Assembly (NCBI RefSeq): GCF_011745625.1
Contig: NW_027191471.1
Coordinates: 186,001 to 250,000, forward strand
Direction of reading: 5' to 3'
DNA length: 64,000 nt
DNA from: Cladosporium halotolerans
Lineage: Eukaryota
Shown here: positions 24,363 to 36,593 of the stretch, in pieces
Position numbering within the stretch: position 1 is the first letter of the stretch
Layout: each line of letters begins with the position of its first letter
The notes under the pieces: model-generated
Told to the model about the DNA's origin: nothing
The model's input: the letters and a program-made list of their open reading frames with translations, nothing else
The model's database searches: none
Program-made: the position numbers and the translations under genes

Positions 24363-27300
24363 TTATTTGTCTATGATTTCGGGGAGAGCTGTCCCGATGA
24401 GAGTGTCGAAGAGTGTAAGGACTAGATGCGTGCTGTTCAATGTTAGACGTGAATTCAAGTTCAACAGTGTCTTGGGGAGGGACTCACTTCAGCCGCCGAT
24501 TATTCAACACAGCGACAGCTTTCCTACTCGCAGCCTGTGCATTCGCCCTTCCAACGACACTTCCCGCCAAGTCGGGGATCAGCGCTCCCAACACGAGGGC
24601 AGCCTCTTTCCTCGTGCGCGCCTTTTCAGCAGGCGTCCTGGGCGTCGAAGCAGCCTTCATCTTACCGTCTGGCCACATTCCGTTTTGCAGTATTTGCACG
24701 TATCCAGCCAAGCTTTCGTCTCCAAGGTAGGTGCGAGCACTGTCGTGGACCTTCCGCTCGATAGTACCGCCGAGCAGCTGGTGTAGAATGACAACAACTG
24801 TGCGACCACGTAGCCAGCTGTTGCCTTTGGAGAGCTCGAAGAATTCCAAGAATAGATCGCAGATAGGTTTGACGAAGGGTTCCAGCTCTTTTGTTTCGTA
24901 GGCGTTGAGCTCAGCCTCAGCCTCGGCGGCAGTAGCAGGGTCGTGCGTTGCAGGGTCAAGACTGTCGACTGAGTCACCGTTCATCTGCGATGTGGCAGCC
25001 GAGATTAGGTTCTGACCAGCCACCGACAGTTGGTCGAGGACAGGGATGTTTCCAAGAAAGTCTTCCATGCCGTCTGATACCGAGTTGTAAATGCGAGTGA
25101 CAAAGTCTCGGGCGTCGTCTTGGCCGTTGTTCTCGCCATTAGACATGATGGAAGATTGAGACAAGAAAGCCCGGAGCTCGCGACTGCGACAGATTGCAGG
25201 CACGAGAAGCAGCGAGCGGAGATATCGCTCGAGGGTCTGCCGTCGTCGGTTAAGGAAGTCCTTCTGAAGCGTGAATAATGCCTGCCGGCGAGGGAAGTCA
25301 AGTTCCCTAACGGCAGGGAAGCGAGCCCTTAGCCTCTTGTGGAGCTCGTGAAACTGGCTGTATCGCCTCGTGACAGCCCAGGTAGCCGCTGGCATGCTCT
25401 CGCCGGCCTGGCGACGCACCTCGATCACATACAGCGCGAATTCATGGCCGTCCTCTTCGTGACCGACCATCACTGATTTGATGGTGATCGCTGCTCTCCC
25501 AAAAAGACTGTTGTCGCTCTCTTGTACAACGTATTGCTGCTTCTGCATCTCCTTTCGCCTGATTTCCCGCTGCAAGCTTTGCTCTGACTTCCGCAGGATC
25601 CGGAGCTCCGCCGTGTTGTTGGTCAGCTCAGCTTTTGTGGTCAATGAATCGACTATATTCTTTTGGGCTTGCAAGCGCTCGATCTCTTGGTTGAGAGCGC
25701 CGATGGCTTCCGTTAGCCCTAAGTCACCAGGCGCAGCCTCTTGGACGCGATCGTCTTCGCTTTGCTCAGGAGCATCTGAATCTTCTCGTTCATCTTCTGC
25801 AAACTTGTCTGCTTCATGGCCGAAGAGGTCGTCAACAAATACACCACGGCTTGACGGCTGCCCGACAAGCCCCAAAGATGCAATGCTGGGCTTTCCTTTG
25901 CCAGAAGGTTGTGTGGATAGTGGCGGTCGCACAAATTCAGCCGATTTGCCTCGGTCCCCAATCTCAAGTGAAGATCGACTGTTCGTTTCCGCAAAAAGCG
26001 AGTCTTTGTCGTCGTCACCAACAATGTTGTCGAGAGCAAGCTGCATAGCATCTACAGCCTTGGCTTCATCCTGCGCCTGCTGTGCATTCTCGTTATCTGA
26101 TTCGTAGCTTCTCAAGCTTGTCATAGACTGCGTCATTCGTCCATCCTCAACTTCATCGTCGAACAAGGCGGGCCTTGTTCCTGAGTCGTCCATCGACCGT
26201 CTGACCTCCGGTGCAGCCAGGGTTGACTTCGTGACGCTCTTAAGGTCACTCGTAGACAGCACTGCTCTACGTAGTTCAGGCTCTTTGTTGCCCCCAGGAG
26301 GTGGTCGTTGCGGTCTAACGGGCGAGCGTTCAGCCGTACGAGGGTTGTCTGGCGAAAGAGTCGCTCCCGTCTGCTTGCTTTGAATCGCGGACAAGGCAGG
26401 GTTGTCATCGATAGCAAGCCACTTGTAGTACAGGTCAGATCTCTTAAAGTCTTCAAACTGCTCTTTTCTCATGCGCTCGTATACTTGCGACTGGGTTCGC
26501 AGTACAGCACGCCTGGCCGTCACGTAATCATTCGGGCTGGCCTTATTGCCCAGCTTCAAAAACCTCCGTACCAACTCAACCGTTTCTTTAGGAGTCTGCA
26601 GCTCTGGTTGCACAAGGTAAGCCTCATACATCTGACCAACGTCTAACCGACCCGGATCAGACGCCACGCCAGGAGGAGGCTCGTCAGTGTCAGTTTCCAG
26701 TGGATCGCGAAATCCGTCGACGACCAGCCAAAACTGCACCAGTCGCATGAGCCGCACCCGGTCCATGTACTCCATGAAATAGCTTAGGCCAGATGCATCG
26801 TAAAGCAGATCTCGAAGCGAAGCTTGTCGCTTCTTTGAAGCCGCATCTTTGTCGTTCGGCGGCTGTATCGATAGTTTAGGCTTGATCTTTCCGTTTGACG
26901 CGACAAGCGTCGAAATCTTCTGATCAAGAAGACGTTTGCCCGTCTCTAGTCGTCGCAAATATGCGGCATCCTGATTCTCGACTGCCGTATCGCGTCGCAA
27001 CTGACTTACAATTTCGCTTCTAAATCGCCTGGCTTCAGACAGAACGCTGACATGTCGGATTGCACGAATGAAGCGCTCGAATTGCCTTTCACTGTCGTAG
27101 GGTCGCAATCTCGGGAATTGAGATGTCTTCTTGCCTTTTAAGGACGACGCTGGAGCATGCTGGTCCAATGCAGCGCGCAATTTGCGCACTGTCTTTCGAT
27201 CCTGTAGCATGGGCCCTCCGATTGTGACGATCAGCTGATTCCAGAAATCAGGATCCTCCAGCATATTGAGTACAGGTGTCAGAACCGCGCATGCCACAAC

Positions 27301-28071
27301 CTCTTGTACCAGAACCAGCACGGCAGCGCTGCTCTTCATATTCTCCGGCAACACAATCGGTAGCATCTTCTTGACCAGTTCCCTCAAATGTTTCTGCTGG
27401 CTCACAGCCGTATCCGCAAACGCCAGTGCCGCCGCAGGATGAACCTTTCCACCCTTGTATTTCCCAGCAACAGCCATATCCAACTCTTCGCTCTCCGTCA
27501 CACTCAATCCCAGATCTTTCCCTCTCACCGCCCTCTCCGCCTCATAAAACTCGCTCAAATGTACCGTCACAAGCGGTAGCACGCGACTGACCGCGACCTC
27601 CACCAAATCCACGCCCGTCAGCCTCGCAGCAACCGTCAAAAGCGCCGAGCGAATGCAGCGATCAATCTCATTCTGGAAAGTCGGCCGTTTCGAAATCCCA
27701 GTATACCAGCTGCTGACAAAATCCCTCAAGATCAAATCCAGCAGCCCGTCGACCGCTTTCGAAAACTTCATCGCCTCGGGGAAAATCACCGGCCGCCTGT
27801 ACTCCGCGCGACTGAGCAGCGCGGCCTTCTCCTCCTCCCAAACCTCCGCATCCCGCCACGGAGCGGCCTTTCGCCTCGCGCGTCGCACTCCATGTTCCAC
27901 ACCCTTGCTCGTCGTCGCGATCAGAAACCCCAGTCCAGCGAGAGCAGCGAGCGCTCCGGCGACGAAAGCGTGCGGGATCCAGCGAAGGCCGGGAAGCCAG
28001 TCGGTCAAGAGGGCCCAGGCGACGAAAGCGGCGAGGGCGGCGAGGAGGGCTTGCGTGCGGTCGATGCCCAT
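24363..28071 (-). CDS. MDM1: PXA-RGS-PX-Nexin_C sorting nexin (Mdm1/SNX14 family); 1 intron near the 3' end
   Basis: N-terminal TM helices; PXA LILRDFVSSWY; RGS-like GLSYFMEYM; PX VTRRYSQFHELH; Nexin_C GMWPDG; terminal exon after a GTGAGT donor near 24487. Confidence 0.88.
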
Positions 28072-28350
28072 AGTCCGCGCGGCGCTTCGAAGTGGGAAGC
28101 TGCGCGCATAGTTTGGGGTGTGGGCGGTGTCCTGGGTTGGTGGGGTTTTGCGGTTTGTTTGTGGAGGGAACGTTGGATGCGGGCTTGAAGAGGGATAACG
28201 TCACTTGGCTGAGGGTTGGGACTGGATGGGGAAAATAAGATCGCGATGTATGGGTCTGGCATTTGACAGTGAGAGAGCGAAATAATTTATTGTGATAGGT
28301 TTAAGTGACCGAATAGAAGAAGAATACATGGTCTAGGTTTTACATGGTAT

Positions 28351-31011
28351 CTAGAAATCCTCATCGTCGTCGTCGCCCAACAGCTTCGCGTAGTCTTCTG
28401 CAGTAGCGAAAGTAGGCAACGCCTTCAGCTTCTTCCTGTCCTCCTTCTGCTTCTTGTTGCGGGCCTTCTTAGAATCTGGCGCCGGCTCGTCCTCCTCAGG
28501 CTCATCATCAAGCACACCGAACGGTACCTCATCGTCATCGCCAAAGACCTCGTCATCATCATCGTCCGCGAAGTCGGGTACGTCGTCGTCCTCGGAACCT
28601 CCGTCAAGCATGAGACCTCCTTCTTCGTCATCCATGCCTTCTTCACCATCATCCTCTCCGCCAAGATCCAGACCTCCCTCAGAACCGTCTTCGCTATCAG
28701 AGTAAGCGCTCTCCAGATCGCCCATGCTGATGTCATCCTCGTCGTCATCGTCGCCCTCAACTTCAGGCTTGGAGTTGACAATCGCCTTCCAAATCTCATC
28801 CTCGCCCTGCTCATCGTCCTCATCGCTATCCTCGCCCTTCTGAGCCTTCTTCTCCTGCTTCTTCGACTTCTTGCTGCCAGCCTTGTTGAAGTAAGAGTGG
28901 AAGAAGACATCGTCAGCCGCAACGTCGTCGACCTTCTTAGCCCAGAACGCCTCGCTGTTGACGGGAATGCCAGCACGCAAGCTCTCGCCAGGCTTGACGA
29001 GCAGGTCTGCGGCGCTGGAGCCGCCCATTGGCTGCATGATACTGTGACCGTGCTGGCCGGCGGAGGCCTTGGAGCGGGCGGTGCGGTAGACAAAGCGGTC
29101 GAGGAAATGCATGAGGGTGTAGTGGGCGGGGTCGGGTTTGGGAGGTATTTTCTTGTCGAAGAGAAGAGCCTCTGCAAACAGAGAGACTGAAGGGTGAAAA
29201 TGTTGGAGGAACGGAAGGAGGTCCCACAGACAGCTACGCTCGGCGTGAGCGTGCTCGGGATCGCGTTTGCGGGCATCGTAGTGGATGGTGTTGAGCTTGG
29301 GGAGTGCATCTCGAGCGGTCGCAGGAGCTTCCTCGCCTTCTTCGGGTACGTCGACGAAATGCTCTTCCTCGTCCTCCTCGTTGAACTCTGGCTCCTTGAT
29401 CATGTTCTTGATGCTGGGGAAAGTGCCTTCCAGCTCAGAAATCAGGTAGAGAACACCGCAAACAAAAGAGACTTCGTGCATGGTGATAACCTGCAAAAGA
29501 CGCTTGACAAATGCTTGCACACGCTTCGCGTTCAGGTCGCCCTTCAAACTCTTGTACAGCAGGTTGAGGTAAAGGACCTGTTTCGAGCTGCCGACCAGTC
29601 TGGGGTCCAGAAGGCTCTCGTACAGGGTCCGGTAGTATCTGTCGGCGCCGTAGTTCTTTGCGGCGCTGATCTGTTGCAGAAGCATGAGGGCCTGCACAGC
29701 GGTATTGAAGTTGGCCGAGTGGGTAACTCTGAAGAGGGTGTCGATCTGCCTCTCAAATTGAGGGTCGCTTGTGTCTGCAAAGGGAAATGCGCGATTGACA
29801 CCAGTCAGAACCTGGGCCATCAGCTTGTCGTTGGTTTGCTGATCTGCCTCTTCTGCGCGCTCCTCTGCCTTGCGCTTCTTTGCTGCCGCCTTTCCAGCCT
29901 TTCCACCGCCTCCCTGCTGCGGGCGGTCGGTCTTTCCGTGACCCTTGAGTCTGGCCGCAATCCTCTCCGCCGGCTTCAGAAGCTGTACGAAAAGACTGAA
30001 GTAGATGTCCAGTAGGCGATTGGCAACAACCTGCTCCTTCTGGCTTAGGACCGTCTGGTTGAGGGTGATGACGGCGTAGTATTTTGCGTGCGTGCTTTGA
30101 CCGGGGCGGAAAAGACAGTCGGCCTCAATACTGTTGGTGATTACCATCTTCATAGCCGGGTGTGTTGTCTCAAGTTGCAAGAGCAAATATGACACGCGCG
30201 ACGCAATCTTTCGGTCCGTATCTCCAAGCTTGTTCACCAGTAATCGGAGCAAGTTCTCCTCCTGTTCGGGTTTGTCCTTCAAGAGCTCCCAGACATATGT
30301 CAGCGCTCTGCTGCGCGCGAACTCCACCTCGTCGCCACACCAGCTTTCGAGAACCTGTAGCAGCTCGAAATATGTCTTCTTCAGCCAGTCCTCGTACGCC
30401 CACACGACCAGGTGGATTTTCTGCAGACCACCAGGCAGAGGATCTCCCGACTTCCACCGCGCACCTTGTCCTTGCAAAACAGTCGCAAGTGCAGGCTGCT
30501 TGACGAATGCTCTCAGCTTGCGATCGCCAGGCAGCACAACGCCCTGTCCCAGCATATCCTTCAAAGCCGCGACAGCCATGAGAGCCTGGTTCCTGCTCTT
30601 TTTCTTAGACAAAGCCAGCAAATTCTCGAAGGCCTTCGTGGTGTGAAGCGGTGACTCCTGAACGAGCAGCGTCAAGGCGGAAATTTTGTCCTCGAGGGTA
30701 CCGTTGGCCATGATCGTCGACAAGAATTTGTGCGAAGACGAGGCGGAGATCTGGCCGCCGTTGTAGGATGCATTTTCGGAAGCCAGAAGCTCGTTGGCGT
30801 ACGCAAAGAGATCTTCGGAAGCACGGTGAGGAAGGGCGGCGGGTGCGTTCTCGTCGATTGCTATGGGTGGCAGTTCGGCCGTGTGCCATTCGGGGCGAGG
30901 TGCGAAGATCAGCTTTGCCTTTTCGTCCTTCTTGTTTTCCTGGCGAGGCTTCTTCGGAGGGTGGCTCTGCTTGTCGGCCTGAGCTGCAGCCGGCTTCCTT
31001 TTCTGCCCCAT
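28351..31011 (-). CDS. MAK21: Ribosome biogenesis protein Mak21/Noc1 (CBF domain)
   Basis: GTLEDKISALTLLVQESPLH, KPEQEENLLRLLVNKLGD, YDARKRDP, HFHPSV, FLDRFVYR; acidic tail ending LPTFATAEDY. Confidence 0.93.
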   Translation of the reverse strand: MGQKRKPAAAQADKQSHPPKKPRQENKKDEKAKLIFAPRPEWHTAELPPIAIDENAPAALPHRASEDLFAYANELLASENASYNGGQISASSSHKFLSTIMANGTLEDKISALTLLVQESPLHTTKAFENLLALSKKKSRNQALMAVAALKDMLGQGVVLPGDRKLRAFVKQPALATVLQGQGARWKSGDPLPGGLQKIHLVVWAYEDWLKKTYFELLQVLESWCGDEVEFARSRALTYVWELLKDKPEQEENLLRLLVNKLGDTDRKIASRVSYLLLQLETTHPAMKMVITNSIEADCLFRPGQSTHAKYYAVITLNQTVLSQKEQVVANRLLDIYFSLFVQLLKPAERIAARLKGHGKTDRPQQGGGGKAGKAAAKKRKAEERAEEADQQTNDKLMAQVLTGVNRAFPFADTSDPQFERQIDTLFRVTHSANFNTAVQALMLLQQISAAKNYGADRYYRTLYESLLDPRLVGSSKQVLYLNLLYKSLKGDLNAKRVQAFVKRLLQVITMHEVSFVCGVLYLISELEGTFPSIKNMIKEPEFNEEDEEEHFVDVPEEGEEAPATARDALPKLNTIHYDARKRDPEHAHAERSCLWDLLPFLQHFHPSVSLFAEALLFDKKIPPKPDPAHYTLMHFLDRFVYRTARSKASAGQHGHSIMQPMGGSSAADLLVKPGESLRAGIPVNSEAFWAKKVDDVAADDVFFHSYFNKAGSKKSKKQEKKAQKGEDSDEDDEQGEDEIWKAIVNSKPEVEGDDDDEDDISMGDLESAYSDSEDGSEGGLDLGGEDDGEEGMDDEEGGLMLDGGSEDDDVPDFADDDDDEVFGDDDEVPFGVLDDEPEEDEPAPDSKKARNKKQKEDRKKLKALPTFATAEDYAKLLGDDDDEDF

Positions 31012-31287
31012 CTTGGGCGGTTGAATGTATGTCGCGATAAAGTTGCGTAGGTCGGCGCAAAGTGAAGATGAGAGCAGCAGCAGCAAGCAGTTCCAGCAAA
31101 AAGTTCGAGACGCCAAATCCGGATCGCGCAGCCGAGGACGCGGGGATTCGGACGAGCCCGCTGGTCATCACAACTCCCATCCTAGACGAATGCCATCGGA
31201 AAATTGCCCGCAGATGATCAAAAGACAATACTGGAACAGAATTGTAGTCATCGCATTACTGGGGAAGTCACTCTCTATGCTACCCGC

Positions 31288-33081
31288 ATGTACCACTTCA
31301 ATGGCTTGAACACGAGCCTGCGCTCCGTGGGGAGATTCTCCCCTTCAAATCTCTCACGCCAGACACGGAGCCTCCATGTGAGTGGCTTACTTAATTTGAT
31401 ATTCATGTATCAAAAGTCTGACAAACGATACCAGCTCGACGGTCGCAACAGATTGAGCAGCTTCTGGACTCCCACCCAAACTGGGTCTCCGACCCATGCA
31501 AGCCAGGAAGACAGCCATGAGCTCCTCGTCCGGGCTGGGTTCTTGCGCCAGGCCCACTCTGGCATCTTTCACCTTCTTCCCCTCGGTCTACGAGTCCAGA
31601 ATAAGATCGAGGGCCTGATCGACAAACACATGTTCAGTGTTGGAGCGACAAAAGTCTCACTCTCATCAATATCCTCAGAGGAACTGTGGCAACGATCAGG
31701 TCGACTGGAAGGCCGCGATTCCGAGTTCTTGCGTCTCCAAGACCGCAAAGGCGCGAAATATCTTCTCAGTCCTACCCACGAAGAGGAGATCACTGAGATT
31801 GTCGCAAATGCGGTGAAGTCTTACAAAGACCTCCCATTGCGACTCTATCAGGTCACTAGGAAGTACCGCGATGAAGCGCGTCCTAGACAGGGTTTGCTTA
31901 GAGGGCGTGAGTTTCTCATGAAAGACCTCTACACATTTGACGTGACCGAAGAACAAGCCCGTCAAACATACGACCAAGTCCGCAGAGCATACTCTGCGTT
32001 CCTGGACGAGCTTAATCTGCCTTACTTGGTCGCAAATGCTGACTCAGGTAGCATGGGCGGTAATCTCAGCCATGAATATCACCTTGCTTCGGCCAATGGC
32101 GAGGACAACATCATCTCTTGCAAACAATGCGACTACTCTTCCAACGAGGAGCTCTATTCCGGATTCCTCGGGTCGCAAGAGCTCAATCATATCAAACCTT
32201 CAACCGAGCAACCTTTGGGCTCCCTCCTTAACTCAACTTCATTTATCAGCAAGGATAAGACAACACTTTTCACAGTCATAACACCCAGTCAAGGTGGCCC
32301 TCTCAACATTCACCTTCTTAAAAAACTCCACCCAGACCTCGACACCAGCATTGAAGACCCCATTAAGATATGGACCGCCCTTCGATCCAAATCCCTCCCC
32401 AACCTCTCCGAAACCCACATCATCGACGGCCGCCTCGCACATCTCCCTCTCGCGAACCCCACGGGCTCAACGAAAACACACTCAGTCTCCCTCACAGCCC
32501 CATCCGAAACCTCTACCTGCCCCTCCTGCCATAGGTCCGGCTCGCTGCAGACCTCCACCGCGATTGAAATCGGCCACACCTTCCATCTAGGCACTCGCTA
32601 CAGTCTTCCGCTGAACGCACAGGTTCTGTCAGCGAACAACAAACTCGCGCCCATCTCTATGGGCTGCCACGGCATCGGCGTAAGCCGCTTGCTCGCCGCT
32701 GCAGCAAGCCTGCTCATGGACCAGAAGGGGCTCAATTGGCCATTGAAGATCGCGCCGTTCAGCGCTACGATCGTGGCGGCACCAGCGGCGAGCGCGGAGG
32801 ATGTGGCGAAGGTGTACGATTTGCTGGCTTCGGCGAGCCAGCAGGGCACTGGAACTCAATCTATGGCGCCCTTGGACGTAGCGATTGATGACCGCGATAG
32901 GCCTTTGGGCTGGAAGCTGAACGACGCGGATTTGATCGGCTACCCGTTCATTTTGGTGCTGGGCAAGGCGTGGAAAGCGCGTGGTGCGGTGGAGGTGCAG
33001 TGTCGTCGGCTTGGGGTGAAGGAAGAGGTGCAGTTGGAGAGTTTGGTGGAGAGACTGGAAGAGATGGGAAAGAAGCTGTAA
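31288..33081 (+). CDS. Mitochondrial (bacterial-type) prolyl-tRNA synthetase
   Basis: Arg/Ser-rich presequence; LSPTHEEEIT, RKYRDEARPRQGLLRGREFLMKDLY, IEIGHTFHLGTRYS, MGCHGIGVSR; probable 57-nt intron 31378-31434. Confidence 0.92.
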   Translation: MYHFNGLNTSLRSVGRFSPSNLSRQTRSLHVSGLLNLIFMYQKSDKRYQLDGRNRLSSFWTPTQTGSPTHASQEDSHELLVRAGFLRQAHSGIFHLLPLGLRVQNKIEGLIDKHMFSVGATKVSLSSISSEELWQRSGRLEGRDSEFLRLQDRKGAKYLLSPTHEEEITEIVANAVKSYKDLPLRLYQVTRKYRDEARPRQGLLRGREFLMKDLYTFDVTEEQARQTYDQVRRAYSAFLDELNLPYLVANADSGSMGGNLSHEYHLASANGEDNIISCKQCDYSSNEELYSGFLGSQELNHIKPSTEQPLGSLLNSTSFISKDKTTLFTVITPSQGGPLNIHLLKKLHPDLDTSIEDPIKIWTALRSKSLPNLSETHIIDGRLAHLPLANPTGSTKTHSVSLTAPSETSTCPSCHRSGSLQTSTAIEIGHTFHLGTRYSLPLNAQVLSANNKLAPISMGCHGIGVSRLLAAAASLLMDQKGLNWPLKIAPFSATIVAAPAASAEDVAKVYDLLASASQQGTGTQSMAPLDVAIDDRDRPLGWKLNDADLIGYPFILVLGKAWKARGAVEVQCRRLGVKEEVQLESLVERLEEMGKKL

Positions 33082-34202
33082 GATGAGGTGGTGAGAGTGA
33101 AGACGTGGCCTTGTATGTATTTATAGTGTTCAACTCTGGATATTGATCCATGTGTATAATATGAATGTATCTCTAGGGTTCTGTCTCGTAGCTTGCCAAG
33201 GTGTTTTGTTGGGTGCATGTCGCTGCTTGAACGTCTGGCTGGTCAGGTAAACACGTGAGCACTCACAACTTCGGCCAACTCTAAAGGCTTCTTTCTCCGT
33301 CACACACCACTCTCGCGCGATCTCCACAGATCAGACATGGAGTCCCGCATTGTGGTCCGATATCAGGAGCGGGATCACGCCGTCTCTCCACAGAGATGGC
33401 CTGAGCCTCAGCGAACTTCTACCGCTCACATGTACGCCAAACGCAAAATAGCAAAGGCACTATAAGCTTTTCTCAAGAGAGCCGCAAAACAGCCGCGGGC
33501 AAAGGATTCACGAGCGACGCTTCTCCGAAGGAACCTAAACATACGACTGGGAAAACGGTACGTCGGTACCTCTGCCGTCATCCACAGTGGCGTCGCTCGG
33601 ATGGCGGATCTGCCCGCCTCGCATCGCGATCGTACTTTTCGCATCGATAAAGAGATGTGTGAATCATCGCTGAGCTGAGAATGCAAAAATACGCTGCAAT
33701 TATGCGTGAAAGTTGACGAGCATGCCTACTCATGATCCCAGCATCGTTACAACGTGCAGCCGTCACCGCCCAAAGCTCACCAGCAACATCGGTGTGCAGT
33801 TGGCCGGCCGGGCGACTCGGGCGGCAGATAGGTAACGTTTAGGTTTAGCTCACGCCTGCGTTTTTCCAGAACGCCGTCACGCTGAGACGGCCGTGCGCTC
33901 AACGCGTGTGTTGCCATTCTCGTGGCTCATGCCATCACACCCGCTCTGCACCCTCTCGTCAGACCGCCCGGACTACCGCCCGCCGGCGATTGGCCCCTAG
34001 CTGTACCTTGATGATGATGCCACGGGGTCCGGGGACAGATTGCGGCTAGGGGCTCGCATTTTTTTTGGATTTGATAAGGTCTGGGTTGCGATCCAAGTAC
34101 TCAATGTCGTCCTGAGCATCCATCTCCTTTGCTTTCCTTTACCTCATCCTCACCTCTGTCATTCTTTCAGCGTGTTCTTTGCACGTGCAACATACAATCA
34201 CC

Positions 34203-35798
34203 ATGGAATTGCATCGCGTGCACTCCGTCAAGCAGACGGCCATGGCCGCCACCAGCCTCCCTCTTGAACTACAACAGCAGATTTTCTCCTTCCTCGACCC
34301 CAGATCCTTCTACGCGGCTCGCAGTGTGTGCCGTTACTGGCACTTTGCCTCTCAAGACTCAGTGACTCTCGAGAAACAACTCCGAAAGCTTCCTATTCTC
34401 CCGCAGCCCAATGCCCGCCAATCAACAGCCAATGAGCTCCTCAACCTCTTCAACGACGCGGCACATACTCTGATGCTAGGCATGGGAGTCAATCGAGAGG
34501 CACAATCCCCCGAGAGTGTGGAGTCGTCTTTGCAGAAGTGCAACTCTGGACCTCGCATCTGCTCGACAACAAACGGATCGCGAACAGTCACCCTCAATGA
34601 TCGCCAAATCGCCCTTTACGACACCTCCGTAACTCCTGCCCAGCTCCTCACGAAACGTCCCATCAACGACCTCAAGGAGACCGTGGGCAGCGGACCCTGG
34701 CTCAAGATCTCGCCTCCCGCGAACCACGACCTCGCCTTGTCCTCCGATGGCACGCTGCTCGCAATCGCCCAAGAACGCACGATCCAAATCTACGACCTTC
34801 TCGCCGATCCTGATAGCTTCACGGTTAACCAATACATCAGCTCTGCGTCAGGACATTACATTTGCGGCCTCGATTTCGAACAGAATGACCACGTCCTGCG
34901 AGTGCGACTAAGCGGCAGAGGCACAGTCCTGTACTGTGGAGCACCTCCTGCGGACAGCAAGAGCAGCGACAAAGCGGATATTGAGCACTGGAAGAGCAAG
35001 AGCGGACTCCGCCACACACTCCTCGACTCGCACATCATCAGCCTGCCCGAAGACAGCACCACGCCGGACCAGACGGCGCGCCTCTCCGGCCTGCAGCTCC
35101 TCAAACCCTTCCAATCCGGCTACCTCTTCGCCTCGCAGCGCCACGGCGGCGGCCAGAGCAGCCACTACGTGCTGGGCCACATCCGCACATCAACACCGCA
35201 CAATGCCGCCGGCCCTGTCGCCGAGCCCTCCTCCGTCACCATCCTCGCCAAACTCGAATCCTTCCTCTCCGCCTGGGACATGACCCTGCACTGCCTGAAG
35301 AACGCCTCAACGGGCTTCGGGCTGTGGGAAAGCATGCCATCCGCGCACGAGCACCACCCGTCCTTCACTCTGGCGCCCCACGCGAACCTCCTCGTGCTCG
35401 CCGAAAGCGACAAGAAGCGCGTGCGGCCCTCGCCCCTCGCGCAGCTGTACGCCTACCGCCTGCCGACCGAGGCGCATATGAGCGAGACGATCGCGTCTCA
35501 GCAACAGCAGCGCGACGGCAAGTGGGCGAGCCTGGCGTCTTTCCTCGACAGGCTTGAAGCGAGCCAGGGCGAGCGCAGGCGGCGGATCTCGATGAAGCAC
35601 GACGATTTTGAGGCGCGGGTTGCGCCAAAGAAGGATTTCAAGGTCGGCCGTGTGCCGATCTGCTTGGGGAGCTTGGATGGCGAGTTGGTCGAGATGAAGT
35701 TTGACGAGGAGGCGGCGAGGGCTGAGGAGGGTAGGAAGCATGTGCTTAGTGTTGCTACGGCGGGCATGAGCAGGAAGTGGCATCTGGTGGATATGTGA
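34203..35798 (+). CDS. F-box protein with beta-propeller-like region
   Basis: LPLELQQQIFSFLDPRSFYAARSVCRYWH F-box motif; WD-like LALSSDGTLLAIAQERTIQIYDL. Confidence 0.8.
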   Translation: MELHRVHSVKQTAMAATSLPLELQQQIFSFLDPRSFYAARSVCRYWHFASQDSVTLEKQLRKLPILPQPNARQSTANELLNLFNDAAHTLMLGMGVNREAQSPESVESSLQKCNSGPRICSTTNGSRTVTLNDRQIALYDTSVTPAQLLTKRPINDLKETVGSGPWLKISPPANHDLALSSDGTLLAIAQERTIQIYDLLADPDSFTVNQYISSASGHYICGLDFEQNDHVLRVRLSGRGTVLYCGAPPADSKSSDKADIEHWKSKSGLRHTLLDSHIISLPEDSTTPDQTARLSGLQLLKPFQSGYLFASQRHGGGQSSHYVLGHIRTSTPHNAAGPVAEPSSVTILAKLESFLSAWDMTLHCLKNASTGFGLWESMPSAHEHHPSFTLAPHANLLVLAESDKKRVRPSPLAQLYAYRLPTEAHMSETIASQQQQRDGKWASLASFLDRLEASQGERRRRISMKHDDFEARVAPKKDFKVGRVPICLGSLDGELVEMKFDEEAARAEEGRKHVLSVATAGMSRKWHLVDM

Positions 35799-36119
35799 GC
35801 TGAATTCTGCATTGACGACGCGTACAGAATGGAGCCGAGTTACTGGCTCCAGATAGATTATAGACTATAGACCTTTTGAGATACCCCAACATATAGACAA
35901 ATTCGAGTTAATGACACATGCATACCAAATTCCACACATTACTTTACGAGAAAGTCAAGTGATTCGTACCTCAAACAAGATAGATCTTCAGCATGTACAA
36001 GCATACCGCTCGAATGCGCATTCCAATCGAGAGCAGCAGCCCTCACTCCTCACCCATCGTGGGATTCTTTCGCACTTCGCCTCAATTCCGCGTCGATTCC
36101 CCCAGCTCCAGAATCGTTC

Positions 36120-36593
36120 TCACTCCAACAACCCAGCCTTATGCCAGCTGAACCCCTTCCTATCATTCGTCGTCCCCGAAGTCTTCGAGATCTCGACGAC
36201 AGTGTCGCCGTCCTTCTTCGTCTCAGTGTCCTGCTCTTCCTGCCTCTTCAGAATGGCCTCGGCGGCTCCAGCCTTGTGCCATTTGAAGCCCTTCCTATCG
36301 TTCGTCGTCCCGGAAGTCTTGGAGATTTCAACGACGGTGTCGCCGTCTTTCTTCGTCTCGGTGTTTTGCTCCTCTTGCCTCTTTGTGAAGGTTTCGCCCG
36401 GGGACGGTTCGAAGCCGCGGACGACGTCGAGGGGGTCGATGGCGCGAGCGACGTTTGTCTGGGGCGACGGTCAGTATTTCGCCTCCAAAGTGTTTATGCC
36501 AAAAGACAATCGACTCACCTGTGTCTGCGTCACGGGCAGAGCCTCAATCGCGACGCTGAAGAGCGCGAGGGCGAAAGTCGAAGAAAGACGCAT
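36120..36593 (-). CDS. Small secreted Kex2-processed repeat precursor, 137 aa, two near-identical repeats
   Basis: Exon 1 36519-36593 is a signal peptide; intron 36459-36518 (GTGAGT...CTGAC...CAG); exon 2 36120-36458 has KR-QEEQxTETKKDGDTVVEISKTSGTTNDRKGFxWHKAG twice, with many synonymous differences between copies. Confidence 0.85.

Noticed and set aside
36120..36400. 135-bp DNA direct repeat suggesting a CRISPR or mobile repeat
   Set aside because: It is the coding repeat of the peptide precursor; there are no spacers and the context is eukaryotic
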